NCBI GenBank assembly: GCA_963843845.1
Contig: CAWJMB010000002.1
Location: forward strand, 1,408,001 to 1,472,000
Source: an uncultured Gemmatimonadaceae bacterium
GTDB lineage: Bacteria > Gemmatimonadota > Gemmatimonadetes > Gemmatimonadales > Gemmatimonadaceae
Direction of reading: 5' to 3'
Length of the DNA: 64,000 nt
The notes beneath the pieces are model-generated. The model had not been told where the DNA came from. It searched no databases and saw only the letters and a list, made by a program, of their open reading frames with translations. A program made the position numbers and the translations under genes. Positions 46,780 to 55,437 of the stretch are shown here, one piece after another. Positions within the stretch are counted from its first letter, which is position 1; every line of letters starts with the position of its first letter.

Positions 46780-48819
46780 CTACTCCTCCGTGTCGCTCGA
46801 CACGCGCCGCGGCGCGTCGTTCCGGTCGTTCCCGCCGGTCGACTCGGCCGAGTCGTCGACGTCGCGCGAGCCCGGCGCGCCGCGGCGCGCGTTGCGCAGC
46901 CGCGCCGCCCGATCGGCCCACTCGCCGCGCTGCTCGGCGCGCTCGCGCACGCCGCGGTCGTCACGCCCCGGACCGCGCGGGCCGTCACGACGTGCGTCGA
47001 ACGCGCGCGGGCCGCGCTCGCCGCGCGGGCCGCCCCGATCCTCGCGCGCTCCGCGATCGCTCCGACCGGCGTCGCGCGGGCCGCTCCGCGTGTCCTTCAT
47101 CCCGCCGGGGCGCGCGCCGGCACCGCGCTCCGGTCCGCGGCGGTCGGATCCGCCGCCGCGCTCAGCGCCGCCGCGCCGTTCGCGCGGTCCGCCACCGCCG
47201 CCGGCGTCGCGCTCCTCGCGCACGACGGCCCGCCGGCCGCGGATCGCGATGCCGTTCACCTTCTCGATGACACGTGCCGCATCGCCGCTCGCCACTTCGA
47301 CGAGCGAGAACGCGTCGCGGATCTCGACGCGGCCGAGCCGCTCGCTCGAGATGCCGGCGCTGTTCGCGATCGCCCCGACGAGGTCGCCCGGACGCACGCC
47401 GTCCTTGCTGCCGACGGTGATGAACAACCGCGTCATCCCGCTCGCGGCGTCGTGGCCGCCGCCACCACTCCCGCCGCGCGCCGGCGGTGCGGCGGGGGTG
47501 AGCGCCTGCACCCCCCGCGCGCGCGCCAGCTCGCGCGTCTGCTCGAGCAGTCTGAGCGCCGCTGCGGCGAGCTGCACGCCGTCGAACTCCGCGAGGAGCG
47601 GCTCGAGCGCGAGCAGTTCGCGATGCGGCACCCCGCCGGTCAGCGCGGCGCGCAGCTCGGCGCGCATCGCGTCGTCGCGCGTCCGCGCGTCCCGCGCCTG
47701 ATCCGGGAGCGCGAGCGGCGTCACCGGCCCGCCGGCGATCTGGCGGAGCGCGTCGAGCTGCCGCGGCTGCGCGAGCGCGACGATCTGCGCAGGGCGTGCG
47801 GCGACCGCGCGGTCGAGCGCGGCGCGGTCGGTCGGCAGATCGTACAACACGAGCAGCGCGACGTTCGCCGAGACGCCGGGCGCCGTGGGGGGAGCCCCGT
47901 CGGGCGCGCCGACCGAGTCGGTCGGGGCGCTGCCGACGCCGGCCGGCGCCGCGTGCGGCGCGTCGCCGCGTACGACGCGCACGTCGGGGCCGAACGACCC
48001 CGCGTCGGGGGCGGCGGCGGCGGAGCTGATGGCGCCGGCGTGATAGCCCAGCGATCGCAGCGTCCGCGCCGCCTCGCGCTCGCTCGCCTCGCTCATCACG
48101 AGCACGGCCGCCGATGGCGGGTCCATCTCGTCGAGCAACCGGCGCAGCGCCGCCGAACGCGCTGCGGGCGCCACGGCGAGGTACGTCATCGCGACCGCGC
48201 CGCCCGGCTGCTGGACGGCGGGCGTGACGCGACGCGGACGACGCAGGTAGCGCTCGATGAGCGCCTCGACGGCGTCGGTCTGCCGCGCGGTGACGAGCAC
48301 GCGCGTCGCGTCCTTCGGAACTTCGGCGAGCACGGCTTCGAGCGCGGCCGACGCGTCCGGCCCCGTCATGTCGTCGGCCCACGCGAGGATCACGGCGCGC
48401 ACGCTGTCGAGCTTGAGCGCCGCCCCGCGCACGAGGGCGGCGAGCGCCTCGGGCGCGCCCGCGACGGCCGCCGGCGCCCCAGCGCGGGCGAGGCGCATCG
48501 CGCGCGCGGCCCCGGTCACCGGCACGAGGAGGGGACGGCCGCCGGCGTCGTCGCGCAGCCCGAGCGCGACATCGGCGACCGCGTGCGCCGTCTCCGCGTC
48601 GGCCGTGAGGACGAGGAGTTGCGTCCCATCGGCCGTGCGGTCGACGCGCTCGAGCGCCGGCGCGAGGAACTGCGGAATCGCGCCCCAGTCGTGGGCGATC
48701 GTGTAGACGACGTTCTGACTCCGGGCCGCGCCTGCGGGCTCACGCGGCTCATCACGCGGCTCATCGCGCGCCTCGGTCGCGCCGGCCGTCAGCTCGGGCG
48801 ACTCGTGTGCTGCTTCCAT
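46780..48819 (-). CDS. DEAD-box-derived protein with degenerate motifs, a DbpA/CsdA-type RNA-binding domain and an RG-rich tail
   Basis: [23 protein letters not shown]...[14 protein letters not shown]; helicase-like scaffold with [17 protein letters not shown] where LVLDEADEM is expected. Confidence 0.82.
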   Translation of the reverse strand: MEAAHESPELTAGATEARDEPRDEPREPAGAARSQNVVYTIAHDWGAIPQFLAPALERVDRTADGTQLLVLTADAETAHAVADVALGLRDDAGGRPLLVPVTGAARAMRLARAGAPAAVAGAPEALAALVRGAALKLDSVRAVILAWADDMTGPDASAALEAVLAEVPKDATRVLVTARQTDAVEALIERYLRRPRRVTPAVQQPGGAVAMTYLAVAPAARSAALRRLLDEMDPPSAAVLVMSEASEREAARTLRSLGYHAGAISSAAAAPDAGSFGPDVRVVRGDAPHAAPAGVGSAPTDSVGAPDGAPPTAPGVSANVALLVLYDLPTDRAALDRAVAARPAQIVALAQPRQLDALRQIAGGPVTPLALPDQARDARTRDDAMRAELRAALTGGVPHRELLALEPLLAEFDGVQLAAAALRLLEQTRELARARGVQALTPAAPPARGGSGGGGHDAASGMTRLFITVGSKDGVRPGDLVGAIANSAGISSERLGRVEIRDAFSLVEVASGDAARVIEKVNGIAIRGRRAVVREERDAGGGGGPRERRGGAERGGGSDRRGPERGAGARPGGMKDTRSGPRDAGRSDRGAREDRGGPRGERGPRAFDARRDGPRGPGRDDRGVRERAEQRGEWADRAARLRNARRGAPGSRDVDDSAESTGGNDRNDAPRRVSSDTEE

Positions 48820-49030
48820 GAACTTTCTCTCTCCGCCGGGCCCGCCGGCTCCGCCGCCCTGCACGCGCATCCTGGCGACGCGCGGGACCCGTGATGATGA
48901 CATGTCAAACAATCGATACGACCGTGACGACGCGCGAAGTATAGCGGGGCTCTCGCGGAGTCGGGGATCGCGCGGTAAATCGGGGGCGCCAGCATCTGTC
49001 TCGTGACCGGAGCGGCTCGTGCCCGATGAG

Positions 49031-49582
49031 ATGCCCGACGCGATCCCGAACGTGCTCGCCGGTCAGCGACCGCGGCGGCGGCTGACGAGTGTGCGTGTCG
49101 ACGTCGCCGCGCACCACGACGCCGCCGACGCGGTCCGCTTTCGCTGGGACGCCGACACCGAGATCCTCTCGGCGAGCATCGTCGACCGGCGCGGCGGGGG
49201 CAGCGTCGTGACGTGCGTGCAGCTCGAGGGCGCCGACGGCTCGTGGGTCACGCTCGAGCTTCGGGCGGGTCGCCTCTGCGGAGTGGAGATCGCGGTGTGG
49301 CCGCCGGTCACGCTCCGCCCGTGGCTCGTCCCACCGCACGTGGCCGCGCTCGTGCACGCGACGGTGCCGACGGCCGGCGCCCCGTTCGCCGACATGGAGG
49401 TCGACACGACGTTGACCGCCGAGACCGACCGGCTCGAGCGCACCTTCGCCTCCGTGTCGGGACGCCGCGCCGGGCGCGCGCCCTCCGCGTCGGCCGCGAT
49501 ATCTTGGTCGAGGTCGACGAGGCCGACGCAACTCGCCGGCCTCTGGCTGCTCAACGTCCCACCGGCGCCGCTCCACTCGTGA
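49031..49582 (+). CDS. Hypothetical protein (probable local indels near 49450-49500)
   Basis: Host-like codon usage; stop overlaps the next gene's GTG; no recognised motif. Confidence 0.6.
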   Translation: MPDAIPNVLAGQRPRRRLTSVRVDVAAHHDAADAVRFRWDADTEILSASIVDRRGGGSVVTCVQLEGADGSWVTLELRAGRLCGVEIAVWPPVTLRPWLVPPHVAALVHATVPTAGAPFADMEVDTTLTAETDRLERTFASVSGRRAGRAPSASAAISWSRSTRPTQLAGLWLLNVPPAPLHS

Positions 49583-49858
49583 TCACGACGATCGTTCTCA
49601 TCAAGGCCGACCCGAAGGCGATCACCCCCGCTGCGACGCGCATCGCCGGGTTCGACGGGGGTGCAGGAGGTCTACTCGGTCTCCGGCGAATGGGACCTCG
49701 TCGCGATCGTCCGCGTCGCCGACTACGAGCAGATCGCCGACGTCGTGACCCACCAGATCGCCGGAGTTCCGGGCGTCGACCGCACGATGACGTTGACGGC
49801 GTTCCGGGCGTACTCGAAGAAGGATCTGGAGCAGGCCTGGGACATCGGCGTGGAATGA
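49579..49858 (+). CDS. Stand-alone Lrp/AsnC ligand-binding (RAM) domain protein (frameshift in the G-run near 49657)
   Basis: VITTIVLIKAD...GVQEVYSVSGEWDLVAIVRV...GVDRTMTLTAFRAYS; no HTH. Confidence 0.85.
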
Positions 49859-49860
49859 CC

Positions 49861-49893
49861 GGCCGGGGATCCCCGGCCATTACGTTCTTCGTC
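49861..49893 (+). promoter_or_regulatory. Perfect 18-bp palindrome next to a -10-like hexamer upstream of nurA
   Basis: GGCCGGGGATCCCCGGCC (49861-49878), TACGTT (49881-49886), ATG 7 nt later. Confidence 0.5.
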
Positions 49894-50895
49894 ATGCAGA
49901 CCCATCCACCCGCCGCCGGCTTCCACACCGTGCAGCGTCGCCTCGCCACCCTACTCGGCGGCGACCAGCTCGCGACAGGGGGGCCGCCACTCGAGGCGAT
50001 GCAGCTCGGCGGCGCGGAGCCGCCCCGACTCAGCGCGGCGCCGGTGATCGAAGGGCACGCGATGCGCGCCCGCACGGTCGACGGCGATCCCGAGGCCGGC
50101 GTCTCGGCGTTTCTCGATGGGACGCAGTCGAGCCGCGTCGCCGGGTACTGCGACGGACTGCCGATCGTGTACGGCTCGGTCGCTGCCGTGATCCGCGAGC
50201 GTCGCAACCGCCGCCACGTGACGTGGGCGCGCGGCCCGATCGTCGAGCGCCGGCTGTATGCGCCGCTCGCCTACCTGCCGAACGGCATCTGCGACGGACT
50301 GCACGACGAGCGTCTCACGGTGATCGACACGACGCAGCCGAACGACGCCGGCGAGCGCCCCGGGCGGCACCCGTTCACGCTGCTCGAGCGCGCCGTGCAC
50401 TTCGTGCAGGCGGACCGCGAGCGCGTCGAGCGCCAGCTCGCCGAGGAGTGGTGCCGTCGCGACGAGGGCGTGCTGTTCGTCGATGGCGGCATCCAGGGCA
50501 GCGAGCGCGTCGCGCAGGCGTCGTGCGTCGTCGGCGTCGTGAAGAGCCACCGGACGCTCTACGTCGATGGCGACGCGCTGCGTGTCGTCCTCGGCCTGCG
50601 CGCCGGCGAGCGCTCGACCGTCTTCCGCATCGCCGCGGCGCGCCGCGCGCCGGTCGCGAGCTGGTACCTGCGGCTCCGCGACCCGAGCGGCCACGACCCG
50701 CTCTGGGGCCTCGTCCGCCTCGAAGCCTCCGACCGCACCGCGGCCGAGTCTCCCGGATCGTTAGGCACGCGCGCGGACCGGCTGTCTCGCTGGATCCTCG
50801 CCGAGGCCGCGCCCGTGGCGTTGCCGGACAGCCGGTGGGACAAGATGGCGTACGGCATACGCGACTGCGAGCAGTTCTTGAGTGCGATCTGTTGA
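49894..50895 (+). CDS. nurA: NurA-family nuclease
   Basis: Acidic motifs AFLDGTQ and LFVDGGI, VGVVKSH, GERSTVF, SWYLRLR, C-terminal I..CE.FL; adjacent to HerA. Confidence 0.78.
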   Translation: MQTHPPAAGFHTVQRRLATLLGGDQLATGGPPLEAMQLGGAEPPRLSAAPVIEGHAMRARTVDGDPEAGVSAFLDGTQSSRVAGYCDGLPIVYGSVAAVIRERRNRRHVTWARGPIVERRLYAPLAYLPNGICDGLHDERLTVIDTTQPNDAGERPGRHPFTLLERAVHFVQADRERVERQLAEEWCRRDEGVLFVDGGIQGSERVAQASCVVGVVKSHRTLYVDGDALRVVLGLRAGERSTVFRIAAARRAPVASWYLRLRDPSGHDPLWGLVRLEASDRTAAESPGSLGTRADRLSRWILAEAAPVALPDSRWDKMAYGIRDCEQFLSAIC

Positions 50896-50898
50896 ACG

Positions 50899-50950
50899 CT
50901 CGGGGATCGGGGATCGGGGATCGGTTCCGCGATTCGATCGGGGGTGATCG
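50899..50950. repeat. Tandem heptamer (CGGGGAT)n
   Basis: CTCGGGGATCGGGGATCGGGGATCGG immediately after the nurA stop. Confidence 0.8.
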
Positions 50951-51355
50951 GCAGTGCAGGCGGGTCAGCGGTCCGGCGACTCGCGTGCCGAGCCGCGGTG
51001 CCAGCGCGATCCGTGCGCGCTCGACATCGGCTGCCCGCGCCGCCGGGCCGAACTGCGATTCGAGGGCTCGCGTGGAAGCGCGCGCCATGCCCACGAAGCG
51101 CCGGCGAACCGCCCGAGTCGGGCGCGAGTGACCCTCCACGATGGTCCGCGATCGTGGCGACGACGGACATGGCCGCGCGCCGACGTCGCGAAGCGAGCGC
51201 GTAGCGCTCGTACGACGGTTTGCTCGCGCGCGACGCCGTCCCCGTCCCGCTCCGGCGCGACGGCGAGTCGTCATACTTCGCGCTCGGTGTAGTCTCTGAT
51301 CGACACGACGCACGATCGGCCGGAATCGGCGACCCGTCATCATCCTTCCATCGCA

Positions 51356-53359
51356 ATGCTGGCCGATTCATCTCGCGCCCCAGTCCTCGACCCCCGACCC
51401 CCGGCCGTCGGGCGCGTCGTCGCCACCGAGCGCAAGCCGAACACCGCGTTCGAGTTTCACTTCTGGACCGCGCTCGACGCCAGCGTCGGCATCGGCACGA
51501 TCGTCCGCGTCGACGGGCGGACGCCGATCGAGGGGCAGCTTCCCGTCATCTACGGCGTCGTCACCGAAGGCTTCGCGTACACCGACCTGCAGACGCCGCT
51601 GCACGACGTGCTGGGCCACGACGGTGCGCCGAGTGGCACTGCGTGGACGACGAGCGATCGCGCGGAGATCCGGCTCTACACGGCCGCCGTGCTGCGGCAG
51701 ATCCCCGAGGAGCCGCTACAGCCGGTGCCGATGGGCGACGTGTTCGTCGCGAGCGACGTCGACGTCGAGATCGCGCTGCGCATGGACGGGTATCTCAGAG
51801 AGGGAAGCCGCACGGCGATCCCGATCGGCCTCTACCGCTCCGGCGGCACCGAGAGCCCCGTGTATCTCGACGCCGACTTTCTCGTCGGCCCCGAAGCGGC
51901 GCACCTCAACATCACCGGCGTCTCCGGTCTCGCGACGAAGACGAGCGCCGTCGAGTGGCTGCTCGCGAGCCTGTTCACGCACTTTCCGGCCTCCAAGGGA
52001 GAGATCGCGGCCGTCTGCTTCAACGTGAAAGGGCCCGACCTGCTCTTCCTCGACCAGCCTCCGGCGCCCGGCCGGCTCGACGAGAAAGACGAGGCGATCT
52101 ACGACCGGCTCGGCGTGCCGGCGCGGCCGTTCGACCGCGTGCGCTTCTTCGCACCGTACTCGGCGAAGGGCTTCTCGCTCGCCACGCTCCGCTCCCACGA
52201 CGCGCTGCAGGGCAACGTGTCGCCGCTGACGTGGGGCCTGAAAGAGGTCATGAAGTACGCCGAGGTCCTGCTGAACCGCGACGACCTCGACGCGAAGGCC
52301 GACGCGCTCATCGACTTCATCGGCGATCGCGTGATCGACAAGACCTTCAGCGACACGATGCTGAAGCGGCCGCACACGGTCGGCACGTTCGCCGAGCTCA
52401 ACGACTGGTTCGGCGACCTGCTCCTCGGCATGGAGACGAAAGGGGCGGAGAGCTGGAGGACGCACCACGTCGCGACGATCCGCAAAGTCCGGAACCGACT
52501 CACGAACATCGCGCTCCGCTGTCAGGGGCTCGTCTCCGACGGCAGCGAAGTCTCCGACCTTCCCTTCGGGAGCTTCGAGGACCGAACGGTGTACGTGATC
52601 GACGTCGCGAATCTCGAGGAGGACGCGCAGGACCTCATCTTCGCGCGCGTCGTGTCCAAGCTGCGCGAGCACCTGGAACGGCGCGACCTCGGAGTGAAGC
52701 ACGTCGTCGTGTTCGTCGACGAGTTGAACAAGTACGCGCCGGGGGACGGGCCGGACACGTATGTCCGCAAGATGCTCCTCGACATCGCGGAGCGGGGACG
52801 CTACCTCGGGCTCGTGCTGTTCAGCGCGCAGCAGTTCCGATCACAGGTGCACCGCCGCGTCGTCGGCAACTCCGGCACCTCGCTCTATGGACGGATGGAC
52901 GGCGACGAGCTCGCGACGCCGGGCTACGCGGTGCTCAGCCCGGCGATCAAGACGAAGCTCGCGACGCTCGAGAAAGGGCAGCTCATGATCCGACACCCGC
53001 ACTTCACCCAACCGATCTTCGTCCGCTTCCCGCGCCCCGCCGTCCTGACGGGCCGCGACGGCGTCGAGCGCTTTCCGCAGGTGGAGGAGCTGTCGCTCGA
53101 GGCGAGCGTGACGCGGTGGCTGCGCCAGCTCGACCCGACGATCACCCTCGAGTGGGTGAAGGAGGTCGTCGCGCTCCACGACGAGGACGAAGTGCTCCGG
53201 GCGCGCCACCGCACGATGATGAATCGCCCGAACGACGTGCGCGCCTTCTTCCGCGCCCAGCTCCGTCCCGTCGTCACCTCCGCCACCGTCGTCGCCCCGG
53301 CGTCGCCGGCCGTCGCACGCCTGCGCACCACGCCGGCGGACGATCCGTACGGGTTCTGA
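51356..53359 (+). CDS. herA: HerA/FtsK-superfamily ATPase with an N-terminal HAS-barrel-like region
   Basis: N-terminal VGRVVATE...FHFW; AHLNITGVSGLATKTS (variant Walker A); FNVKGPDL; VFVDELNKYAP (Walker B); IAERGRYLGLVLFSAQQ (arginine-finger/sensor region). Confidence 0.85.
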   Translation: MLADSSRAPVLDPRPPAVGRVVATERKPNTAFEFHFWTALDASVGIGTIVRVDGRTPIEGQLPVIYGVVTEGFAYTDLQTPLHDVLGHDGAPSGTAWTTSDRAEIRLYTAAVLRQIPEEPLQPVPMGDVFVASDVDVEIALRMDGYLREGSRTAIPIGLYRSGGTESPVYLDADFLVGPEAAHLNITGVSGLATKTSAVEWLLASLFTHFPASKGEIAAVCFNVKGPDLLFLDQPPAPGRLDEKDEAIYDRLGVPARPFDRVRFFAPYSAKGFSLATLRSHDALQGNVSPLTWGLKEVMKYAEVLLNRDDLDAKADALIDFIGDRVIDKTFSDTMLKRPHTVGTFAELNDWFGDLLLGMETKGAESWRTHHVATIRKVRNRLTNIALRCQGLVSDGSEVSDLPFGSFEDRTVYVIDVANLEEDAQDLIFARVVSKLREHLERRDLGVKHVVVFVDELNKYAPGDGPDTYVRKMLLDIAERGRYLGLVLFSAQQFRSQVHRRVVGNSGTSLYGRMDGDELATPGYAVLSPAIKTKLATLEKGQLMIRHPHFTQPIFVRFPRPAVLTGRDGVERFPQVEELSLEASVTRWLRQLDPTITLEWVKEVVALHDEDEVLRARHRTMMNRPNDVRAFFRAQLRPVVTSATVVAPASPAVARLRTTPADDPYGF

Positions 53360-54183
53360 TGCTCTGGCGCGTGGCGGTGATCGTCGGAGTCGTGGTCGGG
53401 ACCCGAGTCCCGGCCGTCGCCCCCGTCCCCGCCGTCGTTCCCCGCAAGTTCTCCCTCCGTATCCGACCGCACGTCGGCGACACGCTGCGGATGCGTTTCG
53501 ACCAGACGATCAAGGCGGCCGGGCCAGCGGCCGATGTCGAGCGCGCGCCGTCGCGCACGTCGGGAATGCGCGTCCACTCGCGCTCGGTCGTCGAGCGGGC
53601 CGACTCGGGCGGGACGATCGTGCTGTCGACGACCGACTCGGTCGCGTTCGACGAGCCGGGCGCCGACCCGCGGCAGGTCGCGTCGGCGCGGCAGGCGATG
53701 CGCGGACGGTGGGTACGGCTCCGCGTCTCGCCCAACGGCGCGATGCAACTCCTCGGCGCCCAGACCCGCGGGCAGGCGGAGCAGGCGCTCTCGCAACTTC
53801 CCGGCACACTTCCCGAAACGCCCGTCGCCGTCGGCGCGACGTGGACGCGGGAGATGACGTTGCCGTCGATCGGTGTCGCGGCGCTGAACCAGGGCGGGCG
53901 CCTGCAAGTCGTCTTTCGCTTCGACTCGGTCGCGCGCGAGGTGGCGTTCGTCTCGATGCACGGCGCGCTCGCCCGGGGCACGATCGCACAGGGGGGCGCG
54001 CGCGTCGCGACGACGGGCACGATGAGCGGACAGCTGCAAGTCGACCTGCGCCGCGGCTGGATGACCAGCTCGCGCGCCGACTTCACGATGCTCTCGACGA
54101 TGATGCCGGCCGCGTCCAACCCCGTCGGCACGCCGATGCAGCTCAGAGTCGCGATCTCGCAACGACTGCATTGTGCCGATTGA
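53359..54183 (+). CDS. Probable exported beta-rich protein of unknown function
   Basis: TGATG coupling to herA; hydrophobic N-terminus; LPETPVAVGATWTRE and VDLRRGW motifs. Confidence 0.7.
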   Translation: MLWRVAVIVGVVVGTRVPAVAPVPAVVPRKFSLRIRPHVGDTLRMRFDQTIKAAGPAADVERAPSRTSGMRVHSRSVVERADSGGTIVLSTTDSVAFDEPGADPRQVASARQAMRGRWVRLRVSPNGAMQLLGAQTRGQAEQALSQLPGTLPETPVAVGATWTREMTLPSIGVAALNQGGRLQVVFRFDSVAREVAFVSMHGALARGTIAQGGARVATTGTMSGQLQVDLRRGWMTSSRADFTMLSTMMPAASNPVGTPMQLRVAISQRLHCAD

Positions 54184-54240
54184 GCACCGGCGTCGCGCGT
54201 CCGGCGCGCCGGGCCTGCCGTAGAGGTATCTTGCCCGAGC

Positions 54241-55437
54241 ATGCGGCTCGTTCACCTCTCCGATCTCCACCTCGGCTTCCGCCAGTACCAGCGCCTCACG
54301 CCTGCCGGCATCAACCAGCGTGAGGCGGACGTGGCGTCGTCGTTCCGCCGGGCGATCGACCGCGTCATCGAGCTGCGCCCCGACATCGTCGTCATCGGCG
54401 GCGACGTCTTCCACACGGTGCGCCCGTCGAACCCGGCGATCCTCGCCGCGTTCCAGCAGTTCAGCCGGCTGACGCAGTCGCTGCCGTCGGCGGTCGTCGT
54501 CATGATCGCCGGGAACCACGACGCGCCGCGCACGCTCGAGACCGGGTGCATTCTCCGCCTCTTTCGCGAGACCGGCATCACGGTCGTCGACTCCGCGCCG
54601 GAACGCCTCGCGTTCCCCGAACTCGACCTCGCGGTGCTCGCGGTGCCCGACACGCCGGGGATGGTCCGCCCGAAGCTCGATCCCGACCCCGCGCGACGGT
54701 ACAACGTGCTGCTGCTGCACGGCGAGATCGCCGGCGTGCTCGCGAAAGAGGCGCAGCCGCTCGACCGCGCGCCCGTCGAGATCACGCGCGACGAGCTCGG
54801 TGCGTCGCGCTTCGACTACGTCGCGTTGGGCCACTACCATGTCTATCACGAGGTCGAGCCGAACGCGTTCTACTCGGGGTCGATCGACTACACGAGCAGC
54901 AACGCGTGGGACGAGCTGCGCGAGGAGGCGCGGCGCAAGGTGCCGAGCAAGGGGATCATCGAGCACGATCTCGCGACCGGCGCGCACCGCTTCCACCCGC
55001 TCCCCGTCGCGCGTCCGCTGCTCGACCTGCCGACCGTCCAGGGCTCGGGACTGAGCGCGGCCGAGCTGAACGCTGCGATCCGCACGGCGGTGGACGGCGC
55101 GTCGGGCGGGATCGACGACAAGATCGTGCGCCTCGTCGTGCGCGACGTCCCGCGCCACGTCGCGCGCGAGCTCGATCACAAGGCGCTGCGCGAGTACAAG
55201 CGGCGGGCGACGCACTTCCATCTCGATACGCGACGCCCGGAGATTCTCCGCGTCGCGCGGAGCGGCTCACCGGCACGCCGTCCGTCGCTCGCCGACACGG
55301 TGCGCGAGAAGCTGAGCACGCGGCTGCTGCCGTCGGACATCGATCGCGACGCGCTCGTCGCGTTGGGCCTCCACTATCTCGAGCTAGCCGACGCCGTCGT
55401 CGCTGCGCAGGGCGCCGAGTCGCTGGAGAGCGCGTGA
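54241..55437 (+). CDS. sbcD: SbcD/Mre11 metallophosphoesterase nuclease
   Basis: HLSDLHLG, GGDVFH, IAGNHD, LLHG, YVALGHYH, YSGS. Confidence 0.93.
   Translation: MRLVHLSDLHLGFRQYQRLTPAGINQREADVASSFRRAIDRVIELRPDIVVIGGDVFHTVRPSNPAILAAFQQFSRLTQSLPSAVVVMIAGNHDAPRTLETGCILRLFRETGITVVDSAPERLAFPELDLAVLAVPDTPGMVRPKLDPDPARRYNVLLLHGEIAGVLAKEAQPLDRAPVEITRDELGASRFDYVALGHYHVYHEVEPNAFYSGSIDYTSSNAWDELREEARRKVPSKGIIEHDLATGAHRFHPLPVARPLLDLPTVQGSGLSAAELNAAIRTAVDGASGGIDDKIVRLVVRDVPRHVARELDHKALREYKRRATHFHLDTRRPEILRVARSGSPARRPSLADTVREKLSTRLLPSDIDRDALVALGLHYLELADAVVAAQGAESLESA

Noticed and set aside
49894..53359. HerA-based anti-phage system (Sir2-HerA or similar)
   Set aside because: The partner is NurA-like, the context is housekeeping with SbcCD, codon usage is host-like and there are no defence-island neighbours. 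Repair is more parsimonious, though defence is not excluded.
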